Positions 61,541 through 64,000 of a DNA stretch of 64,000 nucleotides are shown one piece after another. A program made the position numbers and the translations under genes. Under the pieces are notes generated by a model that ran no database searches, was not told the DNA's origin, and saw only the letters and a list, made by a program, of their open reading frames with translations. Position 1 is the first letter of the stretch; every line of letters begins with the position of its first letter. The DNA comes from Oculina patagonica (lineage: Eukaryota). The stretch is taken from NCBI RefSeq assembly GCF_052425735.1, contig NC_135762.1, positions 23,250,001 through 23,314,000 of the forward strand. The letters run 5' to 3'.

Positions 61541-61641
61541 TCGTCCTCCCTCTTGTTATTGAGTGGTTTTATTTCACTTTTAGCGTGTTCATACGCGGAA
61601 TCTTCCTTTCCAGTACCTGTATTTATATGGTCCAAGGATAG
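61532..61641 (+). CDS. ATP6AP1: V-ATPase accessory subunit Ac45 exon 1; not in the ORF track
   Basis: MAASSSLLLLSGFISLLACSYA-ESSFPVPVFIWSKD, AG|GTAAGT donor, phase 2; signal peptide plus VP.++WS motif (human VPLVLWSSDR). Confidence 0.8.
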
Positions 61642-63063
61642 GTAAGTGATACTATCGTCGTTTTTTAGCGATAGGTAGTAGGATTTAGTAAAAGTTGTTC
61701 GATGGAATTCCTTGAGAACCTGTCAGTTTCTTGGTACAGTGAAAGCTTATTATGGGAAGACAGCTGGTTTGAAGCAAAATCAAAATAGTTTGGGAAACAT
61801 TTGATACACGCAAGTGCTTTTGAGAAAAGTTTACTGCCTATCACTTTCATGTATGTGTTTTTGTGATTTTGTAAACGTTATTCTTTATAAACATGCTTCT
61901 TATGATTATTGCCAAAAAATTATGTGCGAATTAAGTTGCTGTTAGAAGACTTTCTTGTTGCTTTAAATTAGTAAGCAGTATTAATTTTTATATGTGTCCT
62001 CACTGTTTGATCCTTGAATAAAAAAGAGAGAAGAGAACCTTTTTCTAGGATGAGAAAAAAAACATTGATGTAACTAAAGAAAAGAGTACAACTTTTCTAC
62101 AGTTGTTATTATTGCCAGTAAAAGGGAGGGGAGAAATGTCGATAAAGATTGACTTAGGCAATGTCATGTGTACAGTGAGAAAAATGTGAAGTACTACAGC
62201 CAATTTCAGCGCAGTGTGTAGATCGCAGTTTTTCACAACATCATTTGACCGTCGATCATTGGACCAATGCAAGGCAATCATGGAAGTGGGGATAAGAATT
62301 TTTTGTTTGAATTTAGCTCTTTTATATAGCAAAGGCATTTTTAAAAATTTTGAGAGGGCACATAAACTTTAATTTTAAGCGTTCTGCATTTGTCAAGCGG
62401 ATGAAACTGAACAGTTTATTGATCTTTGCAGAAAATTAATTTCATACAAAGCCAAGACTGCCAGACAACAGTTGTGCCACATATTTACAGCTTGCTGAGC
62501 ATATTTTATTATTGTGCCTTTTGTTTTTATGGTGTTTTGTTCCCATGGTTCAGCAAAGCAAAGCCATTTCTGACAAATTAACTGCATAAAGGTTTAATCT
62601 GCTCCATTTAAAATAAAGTAAAGAGTTGTCGCTGTGGAATAAAATTTATTTATCGCCAGTAAACTAGGAAGAATGATTGACAGGGTAATGACTTTCAAAC
62701 ACCTGGGTCTACATGTACACACTGCAGTAAATCGGCTGTAGTTTCTTGTGGCCTGGTATGATGATAAGTCAAGATACCTCACTAAAAGATTGGGAATTGA
62801 GATTGTGCTGAAATGTGTATCAGTGGATTTGTTGTGGTTCAATTTTACGCTTAATACAATTTGTTATTTTCCCTTGTTTAAGTTTATGGTAATAATTATA
62901 TGTTAATGAATATAGAACAAAGAAAAATACCAGATTGTACCAGGGGTAAAATTTAACCAAATCGATTTATATTTGCAACCCAGCAGCTTAGCAATTGAGA
63001 CATCAATTTATATCTGTAGAAGGATGAAGACCTGTACCTTTTATATAGTTTAAGATATAGATA

Positions 63064-63478
63064 CTGTCGATTGCATCTACCTGTGAACGCACGCGCTAAA
63101 AACATGTTTTCAAATGAGGTCAAACTTCAGCGTTTTAGGTGTCAAACTTTGAAGTTTAGCAGACCGTAATGGCAACTTCCGCGCCGAAAGTTCAACACAT
63201 TCCAGTTTCAAAATGGCAGAGAGATTAGATATTGAGACTTCTTCTGAGAAACTGATGCTGATCTGTGTCGATATGCATACACAGGTTCACTTGAATCATT
63301 TTTAAGGTAAAGTTTCGAACTTTCGCCCGTGCTCAGTGTTTATGGTGAGTATTTTGAGTGCAAAAGTTTGCGTTATGGTCTGCTAAACTTCAAAGTTTGA
63401 CACCTGAAACGCTGACGTTTGACGTCATTTGAAAACATGTTTTCAGCGCGTGCGTTCACAGGTAGATGCAATCGAGGG
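63064..63478. mobile_element. TA-flanked MITE with ~115-bp TIRs
   Basis: tcgattgcatctacctgtgaacgcacgcgct..aaactttgaagtttagcagacc and its reverse complement. Confidence 0.85.
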
Positions 63479-63725
63479 TAACGAAGCATCTGCTTAGTCA
63501 GGACCTTATAGACTCAATAGCTGGAGTAAGGTACACAAGACTTCACTTTATAGCTGGGGTGGCATGTACATGTCGGTAGCTCAATGAGAAAATAGTTGTT
63601 TTAATAATTACCATCAAGCCACCAAAATACTAAGTCAATATGATAGGGTTACAGTGTAGGAACAGTTTTATTTTTAAGAAAGTTTACAAAAATCAATTTT
63701 ATTATTTTTTTTACATCATCAACAG

Positions 63726-63849
63726 TAATGTGAATAGTGCTTCTCCAGTACTGGCAGGACACACAATAAAAGGAAGAGATTTCAAAGAGAAATACCTAAG
63801 TAAACTTTTTGATGCACCTCAAATTGTTGGTGTGTTTCTACAGGATAGG
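63726..63849 (+). CDS. ATP6AP1: ATP6AP1 exon 2 (gene continues beyond the window)
   Basis: aacag|NVNSASPVLAGHTIKGRDFKEKYLSKLFDAPQIVGVFLQDR|GTAAGT; phase 2-0; matches human EGHI..YL..GPRNVLLFLQDK exon end. Confidence 0.8.
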
Positions 63850-64000
63850 GTAAGTAGCTATGCATGCTGTGCAATGTCAGTGATCATCACAGAATTTCTC
63901 TTACTATACGTTTTGCATGCGAACTCTGAAGTTCAACCCTAACTAACGATTGGGTTTTTCACTGCCATCAATTGATATTATGACGACAATCAACAAAATA

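Overview
Eukaryotic genomic DNA (about 38% GC, GT-AG introns, TE-rich). The repeat content and gene sequences look like an anthozoan, probably a stony coral; this is an inference. The main structure is a nested Synapsin-TIMP locus. Four tandem two-exon TIMP genes on the - strand (2039-6313, 8260-14463, 16355-18546, 23738-27827) lie upstream of the synapsin exon equivalent to human SYN1 exon 6, so inside the intron that hosts TIMP1/3/4 in vertebrates. The 3' half of synapsin follows on the + strand (35168-47196). The most striking observation is the third TIMP. It has an intact ORF and splice sites but has lost all four cysteines of the two disulfides (C1-C70, C3-C99) that build the MMP-inhibitory ridge, plus the CD-loop segment. 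It is a candidate non-inhibitory, neofunctionalised TIMP. A synapsin intron holds a multi-level transposon nest, including a 2.1 kb CACAG-ended foldback element with ~720 bp arms that carries the spliced 5' part of a PIF1 helicase gene. Downstream lie two convergent single-exon orphan ORFs that share motifs and are surrounded by RFX X-box-like sites, a 697-aa orphan ORF with an internal 40-aa duplication, and the first two exons of ATP6AP1 (V-ATPase Ac45) with a CLEAR/ETS/YY1-type promoter. All calls come from reading the sequence by eye; no searches were run.
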